Assembly: GCA_014905635.1 (NCBI GenBank)
Contig: JABVCE010000016.1
Location: 806,001-843,176, forward strand
From: Scenedesmus sp. PABB004
Taxonomy: Eukaryota
Direction of reading: 5' to 3'
Length of the DNA: 37,176 nt
The notes beneath the pieces are model-generated. The model saw nothing but the letters and a program-made list of their open reading frames with translations. It was not told the origin of the DNA and did no database searches. A program made the position numbers and the translations under genes. Positions 1 through 12,527 of this stretch are shown piece by piece. Each line of letters begins with the position of its first letter. Position 1 is the stretch's first letter.

Positions 1-2957
<2,957 letters not shown>

Positions 2958-3725
2958 CGGTCGGGCGCTGTGGGGGTCAGGGGAGTCTGTCCAGCAGCTG
3001 CGGGGCTTGCTCGGCGGCCGCGCGCTAGCGGCCCGCCGCCGCGCGGCCGGCGCGCCGCGCCGCTCCCTTTGAGCGGCGCGCCGCGCGCCGCGGGCCGGGC
3101 GGCGGCGCCGCGCGCGGCCGCGGCCACATTTTTGCGCGCTTTGCCTCAGGCTTGAGGCACGTTGGCCTCACGTGCGTGTTGGAGCTTGGTGGGTGTGTGT
3201 GCTGCTCCGCCGACGGTGACGCTGCCGCGCGGCCTCTAGCGGGCGCGGGCGCGTGCCTGGAGACTTTAATTCGCGTGTGACCGCCGTTGGACCTCTCCCA
3301 CCGGGCCGTGGGCCGCCCACGGCGACGCGCCACACCTTGTGAAAATAGCAGGCTTTGGGCGCCCTCCCTGCCGCGCCCCCGCCCCCACATGCCCGCGCGC
3401 CTCGCCCACCGCCACCCCATTCCGCCCTCAACCCACACAGCACGCCGCGCCCGCGCCAGAGCAGCACGAGCAGCACGACCGCAACTGCGCGGCCACACCC
3501 CCGTCCTGCCGGCGCGGAGGCCCTCAGCGAGCCTCGCGGCAGCTCAGAAAGGCCTTCGTGGAGCTCTCCGCGACAGGGCGTGACGCCACGCGAGCTCGCC
3601 GCGCCGCCGCGGCCAGCGGAGCGGCGGCCTCACGGGGCCGCTGCGCGAGCGCGCCCGTGCCGTGCCGCCCGTGCCGGCGCCCGGCGGCCTCCAGCGGCGC
3701 GCGTGACAGCTCGGGGGGCGCCGTC

Positions 3726-5102
3726 ATGGCGCCGCAGCTGACGGAGGAGCAGGTGTTTTGGTATGAGCGGGGCGTGCTGAGCGCGGAGCACGAGGACAAG
3801 CTCGCCCGCCTGCAGGCCGAGCTCGACGGCGCGCTCCTGCCGGGCCTGGACGACCGGCTGTCGCTGCTGCGCTTCCTCAAGGCCCGTCACTGGCACCCGC
3901 ACCGCGCGGCGGCGATGTACCGGGCCATGGCGGCGTGGCGGCGCGAGGCGGGCGTGTGCGGGGTGCTCGAGTCGTACGACTACGCCGAGCTGCCCGCCGT
4001 GCGCGCGGCGTACCCCCACTTTTACCACAAGACCGACCGCTGGGGCCGCCCCGTGTACATCGAGCTGCTGGGCCACATCGACGTCGACCGCCTGCTCAAG
4101 GTGCGGCGCTGCGGCGCGCCGCGGCGCGGGGCGCAGCGGGGCGCGGCTCGGCGCGACGCAGCGGGGCGCGGCGCGCCTCCCCGGCTCACGCCGCCGCTGC
4201 GCGCGCGCCAGGTGACGAGCATCGACCGCTTCCTGCGCTACCACGTGCAGCAGTGCGAGGCGTTCCGCACGCGCAAGCTGCCCGCGTGCAGCGCGGCGGC
4301 GGGGCGGCCGATCCTCACGCAGACCATCATCCTCGACATGGCCGGCCTCTCCCCGGGCTGCCACTTCACGCTGACCGTCAAGCGCTTCCTCGAGACGCTC
4401 AGCCAGCTCGACCAGGTGCGCGCGCGGGGCGCTGGCTGTCGCCGCGGGGCGCGCCGCGCGGGCGCTGGCCGTCGCAGCGCGCGCGCTTGGGGTGGCGCGC
4501 GCGGCGCGCCGACGCGCCCGCCCGCGTGCGGCGCTTGCAGGACTACTTCCCGGAGCACCTCGGCGCGCTGTTCATGATCAACACGCCCTTCATCTTCAGG
4601 GGGTGAGCGCCCGCCGCAGCGGCGCGGCGGCAGATGCGGCAGCAGCGGCGCGGGCGGGGCGCCGCCGCGCGCCGCGCGGCCGGCGCGCGCGCCCCTCGGC
4701 GCTCACCCGCCCGCGCGCCCTGCCGCGCGCGCGCCGCACGCGCCGCGCAGCTTCTGGGCCGTGATCCGTGGCTTCCTGGACGAGCGCACGCTCGCCAAGA
4801 TCAAGGTGCTGGGCTGCGACTACCGGGACGAGCTGCTCGCCCTCATCCCGGCGGAGAACCTGCCGACGCTGTTTGGCGGCGCCTCGCCCTGCCCCGAGCT
4901 CGCCGACGTCGGGCCGTGGCAGCACGCCAGCCTCGGCGCCGGCGGCGCGGTGCCGGGCGCCGCCGACGCCGTGCTGGCCAAGGCCGCCGCGGCGGGGCGC
5001 GGCGCGCTCGACCTGGCGGCCGACAGCTGCGACGCGGCCAGCGCTGGCAGCCTCATCGGCACGGCCGTGGCGCTCAGCGCGGGCAGCAGCAGCGACGCGT
5101 GA
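3726..5102 (+). CDS. SEC14/CRAL-TRIO lipid-binding (phosphatidylinositol transfer) protein, 4 exons
   Basis: Exons 3726-4100, 4212-4415, 4541-4602, 4751-5102, all GT-AG. Motifs LLRFLKAR, YPHFYHKTDRWGRPVYIE, QDYFPEHLG.LFMINTP, FLDERTLAKIKVLG, ENLPTLFGG. Confidence 0.92.
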
Positions 5103-5872
5103 GCCGCCGGCGCCGGCGCGCGCTCGGACCGCGCGTGGGCGGCTGCGGGGCCGTGCGCAAGCCCCCAGCCGCCGCGCTGGCTGCGCGCGGGCAGAGGGAA
5201 AGAACTGGACGCGCGGACCCCCGCCACGCATCCTGGCGGGTTGTGCGGCCCTTGAATGTGTGCAGCAGTGCAGCGGGCGGACTGTCAGGTCGAGCCTGTG
5301 CTGACCTGCTCTCTGTCGGCGTGTGCAGCGAGGGGAACGGAACCGCACCGCGCCTAGGCCTAGGCACGCAGGCAGCTGCGCAGTTGTCAGAGAAACGTCA
5401 CCAGCGGGCGAGGGTGCACTTGCTGTCGGGGCTCTGAAGCAGTCGGGCGGGCAACGCGCGCTGCTGAACCCCCGGGCGCGGCGGCGGCCTCGGGCCGCGA
5501 ACGACTCGGGTTTCACTCAGTCTCACTCAGTTTCACTCCGTGACTCTCTTCCAAGGAGGGCAGGGCCCGGTGAGCTGCAACACGCTGCCGGCGTGGGAGG
5601 GTGGCCAGCGTGGGAGGGTGGCGGCGGCCGGCAGCCGCCCCGGCCCCGCACGGTTGTAACTCAATGCGCCGTGCTGAGATGCGAGCGCCGCCGCGCCGCC
5701 AGGCGTAAGGTGCGCGGGGCGCGTGGGCGCGCCGTGCACGCGTCGGTGGGCGGCAGCAGCAGCGTCCGCAGGCGCTCCTGCCCACGCGGCGCGGGGCGGG
5801 GGCCAAGCCGAGGGAGAGGTGGAGGCGCAGGAGCTCGGTTCAGGGGTGCTTGTCGGCACGCGCCGCCGACGC

Positions 5873-6778
5873 TCAGAGGTGGCCGCGCGGGCCCCAGCCA
5901 GGGTCGGCGGCGGGCTTCCACAGCCAATGGTTGCGGAGGCCCGTGGCGGCGCAGCGGTCACACGCCACGCAGCCACGGCGCCCGCAGGCCGGGCAGGGGC
6001 CCGTGGCCGCGCGCGGCTCGTCTGGCCAGGCAAAGCCCTGCAGCGGCGACAGCGGAAGCAAGCGGGGCGGGCGGGCGCGCGGTCAGTGCCGGCCGGCGCG
6101 GCGGCCGCCGCGCCGGCTGGCGACCCGCCGCGCCGCACCTGCCGGCCGCGGCCCCGGCACGCGGCGCAGACAACGTAGCCGGTACCGCAGCAGGGGCGGC
6201 AGCGCTTGGGCTGCAGCGCAGCCGCGAGCGCGTCCGCCGCGGGGCGCGCCGCGAGCGCCCCGGCTGCTGCGGCCGCCGCCAGCGCGGGCGCGTGCGCGGC
6301 CGTCGCCTCTGCCAGCGCCTCGGCGTCCCGCGGCGCCTGCGGGCGCGCCTGCGCCGGGCCGGCCTGCGCGCAGCGCGCGTGCGGGGGGGGGGGGGGGGGG
6401 TCGGCGCGGCGCGGCACGTGCGTGGGCGTGGGCGCCGGCCTGGCGTCGGTGTCGCGCGCCCTGGGCTCGCGGCGCTGTGCGCTCTGCGCCGCTCTGCCGA
6501 CGCGCAGCAGCTGCCGGCGCCGCCGCCGCCCCGCGCCGAGCGCGCACCGCGAGCGCCGCAGCTCCCGCGAGGGCCAGCATGCCGGTCAGCACGTCCCGCC
6601 TGCGTGGCGCGGGCGGCGGCGTGGTGCGGCGCTGCTCGCCGAGCAGCCGAGCAGCGCGTCTGCGCTCTGCTCCGCCGCACCTCGCGCGCGGCGCCGCCGG
6701 CGGTGCCGCAGCGCGCTCGGAGGTGCTGGGCGCCCCGGCGCAGCGGGCGCCGGCCGCGCCCGGGGCGAGGGGCAGCAT
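5873..6778 (-). CDS. DnaJ-type (CxxCxGxG) zinc-finger protein without J domain, predicted thylakoid-targeted, 4 exons
   Basis: Exons 6778-6681, 6599-6548, 6363-6139, 6037-5873 join in frame. Four Cys repeats CRPCCGTG, CAACRGRG, CPACGRRG, CDRCAATG. N-terminus is a transit peptide, then RRDVL, a hydrophobic stretch and AQA. Confidence 0.8.
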
Positions 6779-6880
6779 GGCGGCCGGCGCGGGGGCGGCG
6801 GCGCGGGCCGCTGCTGCCGCTGGTGCCGCTGCTGCTGGCGCTGCTGCTGCGGGCGGGAGGTGGCGAGCGGACTCTCGGAC
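6330..6880 (-). repeat. Duplicated 5' gene module, copy A (5'UTR, exons 1-2, two introns, start of exon 3)
   Basis: Near-identical to 11771-12255 by eye, apart from substitutions and intron indels. Confidence 0.92.
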
Positions 6881-7115
6881 TGACAGCACTGTCCGCAGGA
6901 AGCCGGAGCAGCGGCGGCGGCGCTTTTGCGCGACGCCGCAGCGCCCAGCGCCGCCGGCGGTCAGCCACGGTTGTCTCCCGGTCGCACTCACTCACACGCC
7001 GCAGCGCCGGGCTCCGCACGCGCCACGACGCGCAACCGCGGCGGCAGCAGCAGCAGCAGCAGCAGCGGAGCGCCCCGCCGCGCGAGCGAGCGAGCGAGCG
7101 AGCGTGTGCTCGGCC

Positions 7116-8700
7116 ATGGAGTGGCTCAGCAGCGTGCGCAAGCAGGCGGCGGCGGCGGTGGACAGCGCGCTGCACAGCGAGGCGGCGGAGCGCGCGCGCG
7201 AGCTGGCGGCGCAGGCGAAGCAGCAGGCGGCCGCGCTCGCCAAGGAGGCGAGCGCCAAGGCGCAGGAGGTGGCCAAGGAGGCGCTGGGCGAGGCAGAGAA
7301 GAGCCTGGCGGGGCTGCGCCAGGTGCGGGCGCGCCGCCCGGTCGCGCGGCAGTGCCGTGGCGCCGCGGCAGCGCCGGCGGCGGCGCGGGGCGAAGCGCGC
7401 GCCCACGTACCGCCGCCGCCACCGCTGGCGGCGCCGCTGCGGCGCGTCCAGGGCCAGGCGGCAGGGCGGGCTGCCGACCCCGGCGCGCTGGGCATCACGC
7501 CCGAGCTGCTGCAGTTTGTGCGCAGCCTGACGTACAGCACGTTCAGGTGGGGGGCGGCGCGCCCCTCCCTCTCTCGCCGCGCGCCCGCGCGCGGCGAGAC
7601 CCGCTAGTCCACTCACGCACGCACGCACGCCCCTTGACCCCTCCTCCCCCCCCCCCCCCCCCGCCCCTGCCCGCCCGGTCAGCGATTACCCGCTCGACTC
7701 CCTCGACCTGCCGCCCGACCCCGCGGCCGCCAAGCTCACGCCCTGGCAGGAGGGCCACGCGCGCGCGGTGCTGGAGCAGGTGCAGCAGCTGCAGGACCTG
7801 CGCTTCGTGCTCTGCCCCAAGTGAGCGCGTCCGCGCCCGCCCGCGCCCCGGCGCCGCCGCCGCCGCCGCCTCCGCCGCCGCCGCCGCCCCGCCCGACGCT
7901 GCCGCGGCGCGCCCACGCGCCCGCCGGCGTCCCCGCCCCTGTGTGCGTTCACACGCGTGCGCGTGCGTGTCAGGGTCATGGACGAGCATGTCTTCTGGCT
8001 CATCTACTTCACCCTCTGCCGCCGCTACCTGCCGGAGCAGGCGCAGGAGCGCGCGCAGCACTGCGCAGGCGCAGGCGCGGCGCCGCAGCAGCCGCCGCAG
8101 CAGCCGCCGCCGCCGCCGCCGCAGCCCGCGCCGCCGCGCGCGCCCAGCATCAGCAGCGTGCGCAGCGCCAGCCCCGCGCCCGCGCCCGCGCCCGCGGCGG
8201 TGCCTGCGGCGGCGGCGGCGGCGGCGGCGGCGACAGCGGCGGCGACGGCGGGGGCGGCGACGGCCGCAACGGCTGCAGCGGCGGCTGGACCTGACGCGTC
8301 CGCCGGGCTGCCGCTGTCGTCGTCTGCGCCCGACCTGGCACGCGAGTCGGGCGGGACCCAGGCGGCAGCGGCAGGCGGCGGCAGCCCTGAGCCGCCCGCT
8401 GCAGAGGCGGGCGCGGCTGCGGGCGGCGCGGGCGCAGACGCCGACGCGGAGTTTGCGGCGCTGGTGGGCGACCCGGACGACCTGGACGCGTACCTCCAGG
8501 TGCGGGGCTGCGGCGCGTGCATGCGCGCAGGCACGCAGCGGCGGGGCTGCCGCGGGGCGCGGCGCGCCGGCGCGCGCGTGCTGACCGCCCGCGCCGCGCC
8601 CTGGCAGAGCGCGCTGCAGCTCAAGGGCGAGGGCGGCGAGTCTGACATCGAGGACCTGGACGAGTACCTCACCCAGCTCGGCGCGGGTGAGCGGGGCTGA
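7116..8700 (+). CDS. BSD domain-containing protein, 5 exons
   Basis: Exons 7116-7322, 7452-7546, 7683-7820, 7974-8499, 8608-8700. Motif LTPWQEGHA..VL..V.QLQDLRFVLCPKVMDEHVFWLIYF is a plant-type BSD domain. Low-complexity, acidic C-terminus. Confidence 0.85.
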
Positions 8701-8855
8701 GCCGGGCTGAGCTGAGCTGAGGCGCGCACGCGCGCGGCGCCGACGCGCTGGGGGAGGCGCGCGCGCCCGACCACGCTGCGGCCGCCGTCGCACCGCAGAG
8801 GCGGGCGGGAAGTGAGCCTGCGCACGCTGCTGGTGCTCTGCTCGCGTGGTGAACC

Positions 8856-8860
8856 TGTAA
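8856..8860 (+). terminator. TGTAA polyadenylation signal of the BSD gene
   Basis: Canonical chlorophyte poly(A) signal about 155 nt downstream of the stop codon. Confidence 0.5.
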
Positions 8861-8882
8861 CACGGCTCCGCGGGTTCAGACC

Positions 8883-10053
8883 TCACGTCAGCCAGCCTGC
8901 CCAGAGCTCCACCACGTCGGCGCTCCCGTACCAGCGGCGCCCTTTTGCCGCGTCGTGAAACACGCCGGGCAGGACCAGCGCCTCAGCGCCCGGCAGCAGC
9001 GCCGTCTCCACGGGGCACACGCCGTCGCCGTCGACGTCGACGCGCCCGCAGTTGGCGACGTAGCTGCTCTGCACAAACAGCCGATTGCCCGCCTCGCTCA
9101 GCGCCAGCCGCCCGCTGAGCACCGCCCGCACGTTGCTCCAGCCGAACGCCTCGCCTGGCGGGCGGGGGCGGCGTTTAGGTGGCAGTCGGGGCGCTGCGAC
9201 GGCGCAAGCTGCGGCGGGGCGCCCGGCCAGCCGCCGCCGCACCTTTGGCTGCCGCACCGGCCACGCACAGCACGCGCACCGGCGCGAGGCTCGCGGCGTC
9301 AGGCAGGTGGTGGTTGGCCCACTGCAGAGAAGTCGTCACGCCCTTCGGCGCGCAGCCCGTCGCCCGGATCCAGCCCTCCTGCGCGCGGCGGCGGGCGTGC
9401 GCCGCTCGCGCCGCGCGCGTGCGCGCGCACGCCCCTCTCTCGTGCCCGCGCCAGCCGGGCCAGCCCGCCGCGCGCCGCGCAGCCCACCTCAGCACGGCCA
9501 AAGGGATAGGCCTCGGCTGACAGGTGCGGACTGCCGCACGTCACGAGCGCGCTCACCGACGGCCCCAGGCCCCACACGCGGCCTGGCGCGGCGCGGCAGG
9601 GGCGCGGGCGTGGGCCGCTCACGCGCCAGCCGGGCGCGGCCCGCGCCGGCTGCCCGCTGCCCGCGCCGCACCCTCGTACGGCACCGCCGCGAGCGCGAGG
9701 CGCGCCAGCCAGCCGCCGGCCGAGATGCCGACCAGCCCCACGGGGCCGCCGTGTGTGTCGGCGAGGCGCGCCACGTGCTCGGCGGTGCGCTCTAGGAACC
9801 AGGCAAAGCTGCCACCTCGCAGCGTGGGGAGCCAGTCGCGCGTGTGCGCTGGCAGCACGTCGACCGCGTGCCCCCGCGCGCGCAGGTTGGCTGCCAGCTC
9901 GCTGTACTGCGACCCCGGTGACGTCGTCGCGTTCGAGAGGAAGCCCGGCAGCACGAGCACCGGGCAGCGCGGCGTGCAGCTGCCAGCGCCGAGCTGCGCG
10001 TGGCAGCGCTGCGGCGGCGCGGGCGCGCGGGCGCCAGCGCTGCACGCTCTCAT
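8883..10053 (-). CDS. Alpha/beta-hydrolase (lipase/PGAP1-like esterase), 4 exons
   Basis: Exons 10053-9672, 9582-9488, 9378-9243, 9154-8883. PVLVLPGF oxyanion motif, nucleophile GISAGG, LVTCGSPH, DGDGVCP (Asp), GVFH (His), WYGS..VV..W. Start codon is uncertain. Confidence 0.85.
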
Positions 10054-10415
10054 GCCCGGCTGCTCCTGCGGCCTGGTTTTTGCCCCAGGGGGCTTGGCTT
10101 TTGCCCCAGAGCGGCTGGTGGATTGCAGTTGGAGTGCTCCTCGCTGCGCTGGCGACGCCGGATTGGGCAGCGGCAGCGCTTGCCGGCAGCGGCAGCGCTT
10201 GCCGGCAGCGGCAGCGGCGCGGCGTGGCGGCCGGGAGCGGGCGTGTGCGGCCGAGATCGCGGGCCAGGCTGCAGTGACGGAGCTCCAGCAGGACTCGTCG
10301 TTGCCCGTGTGCGAGCTGGGCCGGGGTTCCGCTCCGTCTGCTCGTGTCGCCCAATCGCACGACAACCTCACGCGCCCACAAATGCACAGGCACCACACTG
10401 CGCGGACACACGGCA

Positions 10416-11216
10416 ATGATGCCCGTCCGTCCATCACCGCGCGCCGCCAGCGGCTCAGCGGCGCTCGCGCGCTGGCCGCCGGCGCCGGCGGCGCGGCTCG
10501 CAGCCAGCCAGCGGAGGCGCGGTGCTGTCTCGCAGAGGTCCGACCGCGTGCGGCGGCGGGGCCGCTGCGACGCGGCGGCCGCGAGCGCCGGCGCCGGCGG
10601 GCTGCCGAGCGACGGCGGCCGGCCGGCGCAGTCGCAGGCTCCGCAGGTGCAGGAGCAGCAGCAGCAGCAGCCGCAGCCGCAGCCGCAGCCGCAGCCGCAG
10701 CAGCAGCAGCCGCAGCCGCAGCAGCAGCCGCAGCCGCAGCAGCCGCCGGGCGGGCGCCTCGTTGCACTGCGGGCGCGCCTGTTTGGCGGCGGGCGCCTCG
10801 ACCGCGAGAAGCTCGCGCAGTTCGGCGTCGGCGCGTTCTGCGCGTACGGCGTGCTCTCCAACCTCAACGCCGGCGTGCTGATGACCATCAGCTGGCTCAC
10901 CGTCGTGCGGCGCACGGGGCTCACGCCGCTCGAGGGCGGCAACTGGGCCAGCTTTCTAGGCATCTACGCGGGCCTCTACATCACCACCAACCTCCTGCGC
11001 CCCGCGCGCCTTGCACTCGCGGTCGCCGCGGCGCCAGCCTTTAACTGGGGGCTCGCCGCGCTGCAGGCGCGCCTGGGCCTGAGCCGCGGCGCCGCGGTGG
11101 GCGTGATGCTGGTCTGCATCGCGGTCACCTCGCTCGCCGGGATCACGTTGGCAATTGCGCTCGCCGGCGGCTTCCCGAACGGCCTGCCGCCGCTGCCGTT
11201 CCGCGGCGGGCGCTGA
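10416..11216 (+). CDS. Predicted plastid multi-pass membrane protein of unknown function (FAM210/DUF1279-like pattern)
   Basis: Single ORF: Arg/Ala/Ser-rich N-terminus, Q/P tract, then REKLAQFGVGAFCAYG..SN, TGLTPL, NLLRPARLALA and about three hydrophobic helices. Family call is tentative. Confidence 0.7.
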   Translation: MMPVRPSPRAASGSAALARWPPAPAARLAASQRRRGAVSQRSDRVRRRGRCDAAAASAGAGGLPSDGGRPAQSQAPQVQEQQQQQPQPQPQPQPQQQQPQPQQQPQPQQPPGGRLVALRARLFGGGRLDREKLAQFGVGAFCAYGVLSNLNAGVLMTISWLTVVRRTGLTPLEGGNWASFLGIYAGLYITTNLLRPARLALAVAAAPAFNWGLAALQARLGLSRGAAVGVMLVCIAVTSLAGITLAIALAGGFPNGLPPLPFRGGR

Positions 11217-11543
11217 GCGGAGCGGGGAGGCGGCCGCGTCGCGAGGCGGTGGCCGCGGTGTGTGCGCGGCGGCCGCGGTGTGTGCGCGGCGGTCGCGGGT
11301 AACACGCCGCCGGCTGCGGTGGTGGCAATAACACAGCGCCTGCGCCCATGGCAGCTGCAGCTGGCCTCGCACGAGCGCGGCTGGCCCCTCCCCCCTCCCC
11401 CAAGCAGCGCATGCGCGCCGCCCGGCTCCCGCCGCCGCGCCCGGCCTGCGCTGTCCGCGCCTGGCTCGCGCCGCCCGCGCCCGGCTCCCGCCCGGCTCGC
11501 GCCGTGCGCACGCTCGTCTGCTCCGCTGCACGGCCGCCGCGCG

Positions 11544-12153
11544 TCACTTGTTCTTCTCCAGCCAGTCCGCGATCGCCTGCTGCGTCTCCGACTTGATCCC
11601 CCGCGCCGCGCCCGCGGCGGCGCTGCCGGCCTCAAACTCAAAGTAGTCGGCAAAGTTTCGCTTGTAGTAGTCGTCCAGGCGCGCCTTGTCGTACGCCGCC
11701 TTGTTCGCCCGGCTGCGGGCGAGCAGCGCCTGGATGTACGGCGACTCGGCGGCGGGCACCTCCTTGTTCAGCGGCGCCTGTGGGCGCGCCTGCGCCGGGC
11801 CGGCCTGCACGCAGCGCGCGTGCGGGGGGGGGGGGGGGGGGTCGGCACTCTGCGCTCTGCGCCGCTCTGCCGACGCGCAGCAGCTGCCGGCGCCGCCGCC
11901 GCCCCGCGCCGAGCGCGCACCGCGAGCGCCGCAGCTCCCGCGAGGGCCAGCATGCCGGTCAGCACGTCCCGCCTGCGTGGTGCGGGCGGCGGCGTGGTGC
12001 GGCGCGGCCGCCGAGCAGCCGCCGAGCAGCGCGTCTGCGCGCTGCTCCGCCGCACCTCGCGCGCGGCGCCGCCGGCGGAGCCGCAGCGCGCCCGGAGGTG
12101 CTGGGCGCCCCGGCGCAGCGGGCGCCGGCCGCGCCCGGGGCGAGGGGCAGCAT
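11544..12153 (-). CDS. At1g49975-like (PsaN-like) small thylakoid lumen protein, 3 exons
   Basis: Exons 12153-12056, 11972-11921, 11804-11544. Bipartite signal ..RRDVLTGMLALAGAAALAAGPAQA, then mature part YIQALLARSRANKAAYDKARLDDYYKRNFADYFEF...WLEKNK. Lacks the four Cys of true PsaN. Confidence 0.82.
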
Positions 12154-12255
12154 GGCGGCCGGCGCGGGGGCGGCGGCGCGGGCCGCTGCTGCCGCTGCTG
12201 CCGCTGCTGCTGGCGCCGCTGCTGCGGGCGGGAGGTGGCGAGCGGGCTCTCGGAC
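11771..12255 (-). repeat. Duplicated 5' gene module, copy B
   Basis: Matches 6330-6880, with the same splice sites and the same exon sizes (98 and 52 nt). Confidence 0.92.
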
Positions 12256-12527
12256 GTGTGATCACGCTGCGCGCGGCTGCAGACTCGCCGCGCTCGCTGA
12301 GCCCTGGGTCCCGGGGGTTCGATCGATTTTGAACTGGGCGCCCCGCCCGTTGCCGTCGCCCGCACAACGACGCGACCGTCAGCGCTGCCGCTGCTGCCCT
12401 GCGCGCACCGCCGGCTCCCGCAAGCCGCAGGCGCCGCGAGAGCAGCCGCGATTCGCCTGCGCCCGCCCGCCAGCGCCCGCCTGGCGTGGCCCCGCTCCCC
12501 GCGGACCGGCGCTGTGGTGTGGGGGCG

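Noticed and set aside
5511..5540. 10-bp tandem repeat TTTCACTCAG (three copies)
   Set aside because: Short intergenic/UTR minisatellite with no supporting context.
10650..10745. (CAGCCG/CAG)n tract
   Set aside because: Ordinary Gln/Pro low-complexity coding sequence, common in chlorophyte proteins.
11544..12153. Calling this gene PSAN
   Set aside because: It lacks PsaN's Cys-containing C-terminus and matches the distinct At1g49975-like family.
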